Shown piece after piece: positions 32,830-41,815 of a stretch of 64,000 nt of DNA. The notes under the pieces were generated by a model that saw nothing but the letters and a program-made list of their open reading frames with translations, was not told where the DNA came from and searched no databases. Position numbers and translations under genes: made by a program. Position 1 is the first letter of the stretch. The number at the start of each line of letters is the position of its first letter. The stretch covers positions 832,001 to 896,000 of the forward strand of contig OZ244621.1 in the NCBI GenBank assembly GCA_965218425.1, in the 5' to 3' direction. The DNA is from an uncultured Candidatus Binatia bacterium (GTDB lineage: Bacteria > Desulfobacterota > Binatia > UBA9968 > CAXXLF01).

Positions 32830-33633
32830 ATGAGTTGGGGAATGCAAAACAGACTTGCGCGAATCATTAAACCTGACCGTCGCCGGGCCGTGATGCTGGC
32901 AGTTGACCACGGTTACTTCCTTGGACCCACGGGAGGATTGGAAGAGCCTCGCAAGACCATCGAACCCCTTCTCCCCTACGCGGATTCCATTATGCTCACC
33001 CGTGGGGTGCTACGGACTTCGGTGGATGCCAAATCAACGGCGCCTGTAGTCCTGAGAGTCTCGGGCGGCACCAGTATTTTAAAGGAACTCTCCAATGAGG
33101 ACATTACAGTGTCCATCGACGATGCCATTCGCCTCAACGTCTCTGCCATGGCCCTATCGATCTTTGTGGGTTCGGAATTCGAAAAACAAACCCTCCTCAG
33201 TCTTACGAAATTGGTTGATGAGGGAGAAAAGTATGGGATTCCTATCCTGGCGGTGACAGCGGTGGGTAAAGACATGGCTCGGGATGCCCGTTATTTGAGC
33301 TTGGCGTGCAGAATTGCGGCGGAGCTAGGAGCCCATATCGTCAAGACTTATTATTGTGACGAATTTGAGAAGATCGTGGGAAGCTGTCCCATCCCTGTGA
33401 TCATTGCCGGAGGGAAAAAAATCCCAGAAAGAGAAGCCCTCGAGCTCACCCACAATGCCGTTCAAGGGGGCGCCGTGGGAGTCGACATGGGTCGAAACAT
33501 CTTTCAATCGGACAATCCCGTGGGAATGATTCAAGCGGTACGGGCTATCGTGCATGAGAATGCCTCTGTTCAGGAGGCTTACAAAATTTACGAGGGCTCC
33601 AAGGGTCCCAAGGCCCGGAGGGCTGCAGGCTAA
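32830..33633 (+). CDS. lsrF: LsrF/DhnA-family class I aldolase-thiolase
   Basis: MSWGMQNRL, MLAVDHGYFLGPT, ELGAHIVKTYY, IAGGKK, GVDMGRNIFQ; AAGGAGG RBS before ATG 32830. Confidence 0.88.
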   Translation: MSWGMQNRLARIIKPDRRRAVMLAVDHGYFLGPTGGLEEPRKTIEPLLPYADSIMLTRGVLRTSVDAKSTAPVVLRVSGGTSILKELSNEDITVSIDDAIRLNVSAMALSIFVGSEFEKQTLLSLTKLVDEGEKYGIPILAVTAVGKDMARDARYLSLACRIAAELGAHIVKTYYCDEFEKIVGSCPIPVIIAGGKKIPEREALELTHNAVQGGAVGVDMGRNIFQSDNPVGMIQAVRAIVHENASVQEAYKIYEGSKGPKARRAAG

Positions 33634-33737
33634 ATCATCGTGATCCGTAACCGTGATCGCGAGAACATCTGCGAGCACGAGCAATTGGAACTAAAAGCGA
33701 ACCGCGGGCACGACCAACGAACACCGATCACGACCTT
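33634..33737. repeat. Degenerate 6-7-nt repeat spacer (CGAGCA/CGATCA-like) with an inverted arm
   Basis: tcgtgatc/ccgtaa/ccgtgatcg, then cgagca cgagca/cgaacc/cgacca/cgaaca/cgatca/cgacct. Confidence 0.55.
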
Positions 33738-34766
33738 ATGCGCGTTGCAATGTATTACAACAACCGGGACGTACGGCTGGAGGGGCTGCCCGTGCCCTCC
33801 ATCGGTCCCGGTGAGTTGCTGATACGCATCAAGGCCAGCGGCATCTGCGGCACCGACGTCATGGAGTGGTACCGCAGACGAAAGGCACCGTTAGTCCTGG
33901 GGCATGAAGTCGCCGGCGAGGTGGTCAGCACCGGCGAGGGAGTCAAGCAGTATCAACCAGGAAATCGGGTTTTTGTCTCCCACCACGTCCCGTGCAACAG
34001 CTGCCATTATTGCCTAAGCGGCCACCATTCAGTTTGTGACACCCTGCGCACGACCCATTTCGACCCGGGCGGCTTTGCCGAGTACATCCGCGTCCCCAAA
34101 ATCAACGTCGAAACGGGCACGTTCCTTTTACCCGAAGAACTGTCCTTCGAAGAGGGTTCGTTCATCGAACCTCTGGCCTGCGTCGTCAGGGCACAGAGGT
34201 TTGCCAAGCTCCGCGCCAAGCAGAGCGTTCTGGTGATTGGAAGCGGAATATCCGGTTTGCTTCACGTTCAACTGGCCAAGGCCCGTGGCGCCGGGCCCGT
34301 CATGGCAACCGACATCAACGAGTTCCGCTTAAAAGCCGCCAAGGATCTGGGTGCCGACGTTACCATGGCTGCCACTGATGACGTGCTGGCAAGAGTGCGT
34401 AAAGTCAATGAGGGGCGTCTGGCGGATCTGGTCATCGTGTGTACTGGCGCTCCGCCAGCAATCAAGCAAGCCTTGCAATCCGTTGAACGAGGGGGAACGC
34501 TCCTCTTTTTTGCCCCTGCACCGGAGGGGGTCGAAGTACCCATCCCGATCTACGAATACTGGCGCAACGAAATAACCATCATCACCTCCTATGCGGGCAG
34601 CCCGCAGGATCTCACCGAGTCCATCGAGCTGCTCAGGAACCGTCAGGTTCGAGTTCGTGAGATGATTTCGCACCGCCTAACCCTCGAGGAAGCAGGAGTT
34701 GGTTTTCAACTGGTGGCCCAGGCCGAAGACTCCATTAAGGTCATCATCGAACCCCACCGCCGATAA
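33738..34766 (+). CDS. Zinc-dependent (sorbitol/threonine dehydrogenase-like) MDR dehydrogenase
   Basis: GICGTD, GHE, structural Zn CNSCHYC...C, IEPLAC, GSGISG. Confidence 0.93.
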   Translation: MRVAMYYNNRDVRLEGLPVPSIGPGELLIRIKASGICGTDVMEWYRRRKAPLVLGHEVAGEVVSTGEGVKQYQPGNRVFVSHHVPCNSCHYCLSGHHSVCDTLRTTHFDPGGFAEYIRVPKINVETGTFLLPEELSFEEGSFIEPLACVVRAQRFAKLRAKQSVLVIGSGISGLLHVQLAKARGAGPVMATDINEFRLKAAKDLGADVTMAATDDVLARVRKVNEGRLADLVIVCTGAPPAIKQALQSVERGGTLLFFAPAPEGVEVPIPIYEYWRNEITIITSYAGSPQDLTESIELLRNRQVRVREMISHRLTLEEAGVGFQLVAQAEDSIKVIIEPHRR

Positions 34767-34920
34767 GGCAGCACACTCCAAGAGAAGCAACGAGCAGCAA
34801 TCAGGACGCTACGCGCTTAGCGCATTCCGCTCCGCTTCCCGCAACCTTGATCGTCTATCCTCGATTATTAGTCTTCCTTACTCAGCACTCGCTACTCATT
34901 GCTCAATTACGCACCAGACC

Positions 34921-35069
34921 CACTGCGCTCCATATCGGAATGCGACGCGAGGGAGCGAGACGCAAGGCCGTGGGCATCGAACGTAGAGCTTCTGATATTC
35001 ACCGGCCTGTCGCCCACGGCCTGAGAACTCGCCGCCCGAGGAGAGCAGAGGCCTGCGGTATCCGCCTCT
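34921..35069. repeat. Dispersed ~150-bp structured repeat, copy 2
   Basis: Homologous to 26272-26445; internal stem gcgag..aggccgtgggc / gcccacggcct..ctcgc. Confidence 0.8.
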
Positions 35070-35136
35070 AACTAGAAGCCCTTGGACCTTCGAACGAAAA
35101 TATTAAAAACTGACGACAAGGGCGGCCGGTAGCGAA

Positions 35137-36450
35137 CTAAGCCACAGGGACCCTTCCCTCAATGGTCGAAAAGGTTTCTTCCTTCAATTCGATTTGCCAT
35201 ACTGCGCGGACAACCGAGGATATCCCCAGCACGATGATTCCAATCATCCCCACCAGAAAAAGAAGGGTCGGTGTCACACCCAGTTGCGTTGCCACCGTAC
35301 CGATGATGACTCCACTGATGACGCGTGTACCACCCGTGGCAAAATTGTAGACCCCCATGACCCGCCCGCGGACATCCTGAGGTGCCCAGGCCTGGACGAT
35401 ACTCTGTGACATGGAGCTAAAGACGATTTGTATGGCACCGACCATGCACAGGATAACGAGGGAAACCGGATACACCCTCGACAGCGCAAAAATGGTTAGC
35501 AGCACCAGCCATCCCAGGGCGCCGGTGGTGACCACCACAGGCCGAAGCTTAGTGGTCCCAATCCAACCGAGCAAAATAGTACCCACAATGGCTCCCACTC
35601 CATTGGCGGCCAAAAGAATTGTGTAACCTGTAGAGGAAACTCCCAACCGCTCGGCAAAAGGCGGCATAAAAGCCTGGAATGCATTGCCAACCAGAAACGA
35701 AGTGGCCGCCACCATCACCAGCACAGCTATAATGGTCGGACTTTGTCTTACGGCTCCGAGCCCCCTGCGGACGTACTCCCAACCCTTTTCTTCGGACTGT
35801 TTCTCCCTCGCACCTCGATAAGGAAGGCAAAGAATCAAAATGGAAAGTGGAAGATAGATTGAAACATTCGCCACGAATCCCCATCCCGGACCCACCAAGG
35901 CCATGAGAACCCCTCCCACCAGTGGTCCAAGCATGTTGGCTAGCGGCCTCAGGGAAGCATTTAAGCTGATGGCGCTTACTAGTTTTTCTTTTCCGACCAT
36001 TTCGTGAATGATCAACATGGAGCTGGGAGCCGCAATAAGACCGGCCACACCGTGGAAGACCAGCAGTATAGCCACCTGCCAGACTCTGAGTTGGCCAGTG
36101 AGATAGAGCAGCCCCCACCCCAATGAGGCCGTGATATAGAGCCCCTGGGAAATCTGGATCAACCAGCGGCAATCGACTCGGTCCGCAAGGGACCCCGAAT
36201 GGAGTGAGAAAAGGGTGAAGGGAAGCCAATGAGCAATAACAGCGTAGCCCAACCAAAAGGGAGAGTGGGTGAGCTCCCAGATGACCCAGTAGCCAATGAC
36301 ATGCTCGATGTTATCGGCCATCATGGAGAGCCCTGCGGTGATGGCGTATAGCCGAAAATGGGGAATGCTAAGGGCTGGGAATCGTTGTGGTTTACCTCTG
36401 GATGGCTCAGGGGCTTCCATAATCCCTATTACCTCATACCATGATGACAC
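35137..36450 (-). CDS. MFS transporter (DHA3-like)
   Basis: About 12 hydrophobic segments, GSLADRVD motif A, VRGRVMG; likely start ATG 36420. Confidence 0.92.
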   Translation of the reverse strand: MSSWYEVIGIMEAPEPSRGKPQRFPALSIPHFRLYAITAGLSMMADNIEHVIGYWVIWELTHSPFWLGYAVIAHWLPFTLFSLHSGSLADRVDCRWLIQISQGLYITASLGWGLLYLTGQLRVWQVAILLVFHGVAGLIAAPSSMLIIHEMVGKEKLVSAISLNASLRPLANMLGPLVGGVLMALVGPGWGFVANVSIYLPLSILILCLPYRGAREKQSEEKGWEYVRRGLGAVRQSPTIIAVLVMVAATSFLVGNAFQAFMPPFAERLGVSSTGYTILLAANGVGAIVGTILLGWIGTTKLRPVVVTTGALGWLVLLTIFALSRVYPVSLVILCMVGAIQIVFSSMSQSIVQAWAPQDVRGRVMGVYNFATGGTRVISGVIIGTVATQLGVTPTLLFLVGMIGIIVLGISSVVRAVWQIELKEETFSTIEGRVPVA

Positions 36451-36525
36451 GCCAGGTCACCTTGCCTAGCGCAACCGTTCCACTTTGGCTAACAAAAACA
36501 GGTGCAATATTGGAGCTGGACGGAA

Positions 36526-36729
36526 CTATTGAGGAGTGAGTTCTTTATTAATCGCTCGTACTTTGCCGGCGGCGATTTCCCGTAATGCCAATACGATATC
36601 GCGATTGTCAGAATCGATGAGTGGTTTTGCGCCCTTGAGAAGCTGTTTTGACCTCTGGACGGCCAACAAAACCAACGAAAAGCGATTTGGGACTTGGATG
36701 AGGCAGTCTTCTAACGTAATTCGTGCCAA
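36526..36729 (-). CDS. rpoZ: RNA polymerase omega subunit
   Basis: [34 protein letters not shown]. Confidence 0.95.
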   Translation of the reverse strand: MARITLEDCLIQVPNRFSLVLLAVQRSKQLLKGAKPLIDSDNRDIVLALREIAAGKVRAINKELTPQ

Positions 36730-36795
36730 TGGATTCTCCTCGTTCTGATTGCTTTCAGTATTAAAACAGATTTTTACCCGTCAATCAAACTTCCG

Positions 36796-37773
36796 CTAAT
36801 CCACCCTTTCCTCGATCTCAAATCCAAGATCCTCAATCATTCGGTGGGCATCCGTAGCCTTTTGACCGGGCGTGGTCAAGTAACCGTTGACAAAAATCGA
36901 ATTGGCCGGGTAAAGGCTCAACGGTTGAAGCGAACGTAAGTTGATTTCTCTTCCGCCGGCCACTCGGATTTCTTTGTCCGGATTAACGAAGCGGAATAAA
37001 CAAAGAGTCTTCAGGCACCGCTGGGGTGTCAGGTGACTGGCTCCATTTAGCGGGGTACCCGGGATCGGATGGAGAAAATTAACCGGGATTGAATCCACTT
37101 CCAGCTCCCTCAGCGCAAGGGCCAGATCCATAATATCGCCCTCGGTCTCTCCCAGACCGATGATTCCACCGCAACAAGGAGAAAGGCCGACGGTTTTCAG
37201 GTGCTCTACGGTTGCCACTCGATCCTCATAGGTGTGGGTGGTGCAGATATTGGGATGGTGGCGCTGGCTCGTGTTAAGGTTGTGGTTCACACGGTCCACC
37301 CCAGCCTCTTTCAAAATCTTCGCCTTCGCCTCGGTAAGCAAGCCAAGGGAACAACAGATGTTGATGGGAACCTTACTCTTGATCTCCCGCACCACATCGG
37401 CCATTTCCTGAATCTCTTTGTCCGTAGGACCTCTCCCGCTGTTGACCATGCAAAACCTCACGGCCCCCGCGGCCTTGGCCCTGACGGCTCCTTCCAGAAG
37501 CTTTTCGCGTGATGCGAGAGGATACTTGTCGATGGGTGCAGTTGAAACTGACGACTGAGAACAGTAATGGCAATCCTCTGGGCAGAGCCCGCTCTTGGCG
37601 TTCATGAGCATATGGATCTGAACGCGTTTACCAAAAAAGTGGTGGCGGACACGGAAGGCAGCGTCGAGTAGTTCGGGAACCTTTTCATCAGGCGTCTGCA
37701 AGACCGCCTTCATCTCCCCCCGCGTAAGAATCTCCCCCTGGAGGGATTTTTCAGCTAATTGATTGTAGTCCAC
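36796..37773 (-). CDS. bioB: Biotin synthase
   Basis: CPEDCHYCSQS, NHNLNTS, CCGGIIG, IPVNFL, ANSIF, YLTT; start placed at GTG 37773. Confidence 0.96.
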   Translation of the reverse strand: MDYNQLAEKSLQGEILTRGEMKAVLQTPDEKVPELLDAAFRVRHHFFGKRVQIHMLMNAKSGLCPEDCHYCSQSSVSTAPIDKYPLASREKLLEGAVRAKAAGAVRFCMVNSGRGPTDKEIQEMADVVREIKSKVPINICCSLGLLTEAKAKILKEAGVDRVNHNLNTSQRHHPNICTTHTYEDRVATVEHLKTVGLSPCCGGIIGLGETEGDIMDLALALRELEVDSIPVNFLHPIPGTPLNGASHLTPQRCLKTLCLFRFVNPDKEIRVAGGREINLRSLQPLSLYPANSIFVNGYLTTPGQKATDAHRMIEDLGFEIEERVD

Positions 37774-37884
37774 GAACTCTTCCAGAGTATTTTTGTAACA
37801 TGGACACCTAAAGCTTGCAACAAGCGGGCAGCAGGGGTTGCACTCTGGGAGCAAACTAACGTTGGCTGAACAGGCTCGCAAAAA

Positions 37885-38377
37885 TCAGCGTCTGTAGTGG
37901 AAATGGCCAAAGGCGAACACAAAACCCGCCAATACAAAGTGAAACCAGATGGGGATGGTTCCCCCGAACCACCTCCGCTCTGGGTGAATGGCTATGGTGA
38001 TCCCGTACCGCAGGACCATAGAGGTAAAGTACGGATAGCTGATCCAAATGAGACAACGGCCCATGGTCTTTCGCTGAACAACAAAGAACCCTCGCCCCCG
38101 TGAAAAATCAATGCAAATCCTTGTCAAGATAAATAGGATCAAACCCTGCACAGGAAAGAAGACGACAGGATAAGGGATCAGCCCCGAATACCATTCCTCC
38201 CTGGGTGGAAGATAAAGGGAGGCCAAGAATTGCAACTAGCAGCTGACCTAGAACCCGGAGAAAGAACAACACCAAAGAAACCATAGTATGGGAGCGTATT
38301 TTTGTGATGGGCCAGCAAAATCCCCTTGCATCCTTGCTCCCATTGGATTCATAAGATTTTCCGAAATCCGACATCAC
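37885..38377 (-). pseudogene. Frameshifted small membrane protein
   Basis: LFFLRVLGQLLVA in one frame continues as LPPREEWYSGLIPYP...GGTIPIWFHFVLA in another. Confidence 0.6.
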
Positions 38378-39028
38378 AATGAATCGCTAAACATTTCCTT
38401 ATAATGGCGATACCAGTTGCTTTGAAACTGTTCCTCGGGGTCGCACTTTTTCTTTAGCCGCAGGAATTCGGGAAACTGCGGGTAGCACATTTCCACCTGC
38501 TCGCGTCTTGCCCACCGGTGATAAGTGAGAAAGCAGCTTCCCCCGTACTGGATTCCCCGGTCAATGAGGCGACGAAAATCCTTTAGTGTAAACCTCTGCC
38601 ATGACCATTGGCAGCAAGGGCTGCCCCTATGCTCAAACGATCGGCACCCGCTTGCTTCTGGATGATCCCCCACTGCGGTTCTCGCCCTTTCTGAATATTT
38701 AAAAGAGTGTTGACCAATTCCAGCCATTCCATACCAGCTTCCACTTCCACCTCACCCCTGTGGGGATCAAAGTTTAACACCCGGTTACCCCTCTCATATC
38801 CAACAGCACCGTGTCCGTCCCAAACTGCTGGCCACCCATGGCGTGCCTGCCCCCTGCGATGCTAATTCCTCGCCCCTCGTTGCGAGCAGTCTGGATTGCA
38901 GCCTGAATCGACTCGATGGAATCGGGTGTTAGAATACCAAGGACCCGTGTTTGATTTAACTTGGAATGCGGATCATTGACGGTGATGGCGGTTACTCGGG
39001 CCGGTTTCATGCCGTAACCAAAGGCCAA
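38374..39028 (-). pseudogene. FAD-binding oxidoreductase remnant (frameshifts plus large internal deletion)
   Basis: VNDPHSKLN..GGRHAMGGQQF, VEAGMEW..AANGHGRGL and C-terminal LTYHRWA..DPEEQFQSNWY lie in three frames. Confidence 0.85.
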
Positions 39029-39098
39029 AGAGTCGCTGCCGTGCCGAGGGTTGGGAACAACTGCAAAAACTTTCTACGGGTTATCATAACGCCTCCGT

Positions 39099-39740
39099 TT
39101 AGATGCTCCTCGCTGTTACCCACCATCTGGCGGTCCAGAAAATCATGAACAGGGCAACTGCTTGGATGAGATGATAGAGCGCATTGTGGTTAAAGTACGT
39201 GGGATGGAGCGCGATGCCCCCCTGTTGTACCCCGGCAGCAACAAAGGTTAATAAGAATCCCACCAGACCAATCAGCACCTTGCGCTCACGGGCCTGAATG
39301 TAATTAAGGCTAAAGACAACGGTCAAAAAGACGACGGCCGGAAGGTAGTTCATTACCACGATGGAAAAGGAGTGTGTGATAGACAACACAACCAGACAGT
39401 ATGCGGCAAATTCTATTACTGCTAGAACACTAACCCAGCCGGCGACTCTGGGTGAGAGGCAAATCCTGGCACCAATAATCCAAGCGGCCAGTGCGGTAAC
39501 ACCGATGGCAACCAGAGTTAATGGCCACAGGATCCGATACCCGAGGGCATCCATGTCCGGGGAGAAACCATGAACAGTTCCCCCCGTGATTGCCGCCACG
39601 CTGATGGATCCAAAAAACACAGCAAACCAAATCCAGAGCGGATTCCTTTGGTCCCCGTCACGGAAAAGGAGATAGGCAAATAGAGCACTCTCTAAAGCCA
39701 CAAAATAGTCGGTCAGGGTTACATCAGGCTCTGTGATCAT
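39099..39740 (-). CDS. Conserved multi-pass membrane protein (DUF6962-like)
   Basis: EPDVTLTDY, GGTVHGF, FNHNALYHLIQ; about 7 TM segments. Confidence 0.8.
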   Translation of the reverse strand: MITEPDVTLTDYFVALESALFAYLLFRDGDQRNPLWIWFAVFFGSISVAAITGGTVHGFSPDMDALGYRILWPLTLVAIGVTALAAWIIGARICLSPRVAGWVSVLAVIEFAAYCLVVLSITHSFSIVVMNYLPAVVFLTVVFSLNYIQARERKVLIGLVGFLLTFVAAGVQQGGIALHPTYFNHNALYHLIQAVALFMIFWTARWWVTARSI

Positions 39741-39868
39741 AGTTATAAAAGGCGCGATTTTGTATCGGCTGGGCTGCGATTGGAACAGTGCTAGACCGGA
39801 TTGTTCATCGCTCTCGAGAACGAGCCCTTAACCCACCGCTCGTTCAAGGGCCATCATTTTTACTTGTT

Positions 39869-40096
39869 TTAGATCGACCTTTCCTGATCCCAGCAAAGGA
39901 AAAAGGGCAGCATGAACGCCGCGGCAACCAGTGGCAGATACCCGCCGCCAGAACCGGAACTGACGGCCAGGTTAGCAGCCAGCGGTGAGACCACCATCTT
40001 GTGGACGTTATCGTTTAATGCACCCAGAAATTGGGTCCAGAGAAAGGGCTGGAGACCAGGCTGCTTGAGTGTATCTGCGTATTTCCCGCTGGGCAT
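39869..40096 (-). pseudogene. N-terminal fragment of Aas/LplT-like MFS (acyl-ACP:phospholipid acyltransferase fusion type)
   Basis: FLWTQFLGALNDNVHK and AFMLPFFL, then truncation. Confidence 0.8.
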
Positions 40097-40517
40097 TGGC
40101 TATCCCTTATCATCTCATTTTTTCACGGCCAATTCCGAGTATAACCGGCAACTTGAATTAAGACCACCGTGAAACTATCCTTTTTACTTCTTCACTTGAA
40201 TTTTTCCCTTTCCTGAATTTTCATACAACTTTCAATTTTTTTCTAATGGCTTCTTTTAATCCAATTGAAAGGGCCCCTCCGGGCCATGAAGTCACTTCAA
40301 GTTGACATCACACCACGCTATCAGATAACCTCTGGCCACAATGGTTGGCAGGGCCAGCACATTTCCTGGTGCCACAACCGCTGCAGGAGCCCCGCGAGGC
40401 CATTTTAGACAACTGTTTCTAGAATGTTGAGATGATGTTGTTTACTAAGCCACCAGTGTTAACTGCTATCCCTTGAATCGAGTCCGCGACATATCTCATA
40501 AAAGGAGAGGAGCCACC

Positions 40518-41717
40518 ATGGCCACAGCCAGCACTCAGCTCGACCCCGAAAAACAACCATCTCTTGTACGAATCGACGCCTACGCAGACTGGCGGCAACG
40601 AGAAGGCGCACCGCTCACAGGGGGCGTCTATATTGAGGATATGAATGCAGTGGAGGTGGGCCCATGGCCGCGTAAAGGAAATGGGGTCAAGGGAGCCCTA
40701 TGCTACCTGGATGGAGACGACGAGGCCGACGAGCACATCGTCGAGCTTCCTGCTGGGGGTAACACCGCCCCCTTGAGGCACCTCTACACGGAAGCCACTT
40801 ACGTCCTTTCGGGCCGCGGCTCCACCACGGTATGGCGCGACAACGGAGCGAAGCAGACCTTTGAATGGGGACCTGGAAGTTACTTCGTGCTACCCACCAA
40901 CGCGTCCCATCAGTTTTTCAACGCCAGCCTTTCACAGCCGGCGAGGTGGTTTTCCGTGACAGACCTTCCGGATCTATTGCGCCGCTGGGCCAGTGAGGAC
41001 TTTATCTTCAACAACTCCTACGACTTTCAGGACCGTTACACCGGTGAACCCGACTATTTCAGCGTGGACGCAAAACTGTACCGGGGCCGAGTCTGGGAGA
41101 CTAATTTCATTGCAGACATCAAGAAACTGCCCCTCTACGAATGGAAGAGCCGCGGGGGTGGCGGAACCAACGCATTTATGGTGATGGGCTCCGGCATGAT
41201 GGAGTCCCACGTCTCCCGCTTCGAATCCGGCCACTACAAGAAGGGCCATCGGCATGGCCCCGGGGCACACCTTTTCATCACTGAGGGTGAAGGCTATGTA
41301 CTCACCCAGCGTGAGGATGAGCCCCGCATCCGCTGCGACTGGAAAGTGGGAAGTCTCTACCTTTCAGGTGCCGGGGAAGGCATCTGGCTACACCAGCATT
41401 TTAACGTGGGCTCCACCCCCGCCACTTATTTGGTAATGAACCAGGGTCTGTCACGCAAGTATGCCGCAAATCGTTGGCAGGCGGGAGAATCAACCGTGCT
41501 GCGCGGTGGCGAGGTCAGCAGTAAAAAAGGGGGACGCCAAGTGGAGTACGAAGACGAGGATCTTGAGATCCATCGCATTTTCGAGGAGGAGCTGCGCAAG
41601 CGTGGGGTTACCTGCAGGATGAAGAACATGGTCCCATGGTGCACCGGTGAGCCGGGAGCGGAGACGGCCAAAGCATATTTTCTCGATGAGCATGGGGCGA
41701 ATCCAGCGAACCCATAG
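40518..41717 (+). CDS. Bicupin protein (gentisate dioxygenase-like fold)
   Basis: RHLYTE, HQFFN, KGHRHGPG, HQHFN cupin motifs; GGAGAGGAG RBS before ATG 40518. Confidence 0.88.
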   Translation: MATASTQLDPEKQPSLVRIDAYADWRQREGAPLTGGVYIEDMNAVEVGPWPRKGNGVKGALCYLDGDDEADEHIVELPAGGNTAPLRHLYTEATYVLSGRGSTTVWRDNGAKQTFEWGPGSYFVLPTNASHQFFNASLSQPARWFSVTDLPDLLRRWASEDFIFNNSYDFQDRYTGEPDYFSVDAKLYRGRVWETNFIADIKKLPLYEWKSRGGGGTNAFMVMGSGMMESHVSRFESGHYKKGHRHGPGAHLFITEGEGYVLTQREDEPRIRCDWKVGSLYLSGAGEGIWLHQHFNVGSTPATYLVMNQGLSRKYAANRWQAGESTVLRGGEVSSKKGGRQVEYEDEDLEIHRIFEEELRKRGVTCRMKNMVPWCTGEPGAETAKAYFLDEHGANPANP

Positions 41718-41815
41718 GCTGGCCTGGATACTCTCCAGTCCCTCGATATCTGAGATAACCGGTTCAATCGATCCCCGAGTGGGGCCAGAGACAAATCGAG
41801 ATCAATTAGAACAAC

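Noticed and set aside
40150..40266. T-rich tract as a small minus-strand gene
   Set aside because: Interrupted by stops and no recognisable motif; treated as decayed DNA.
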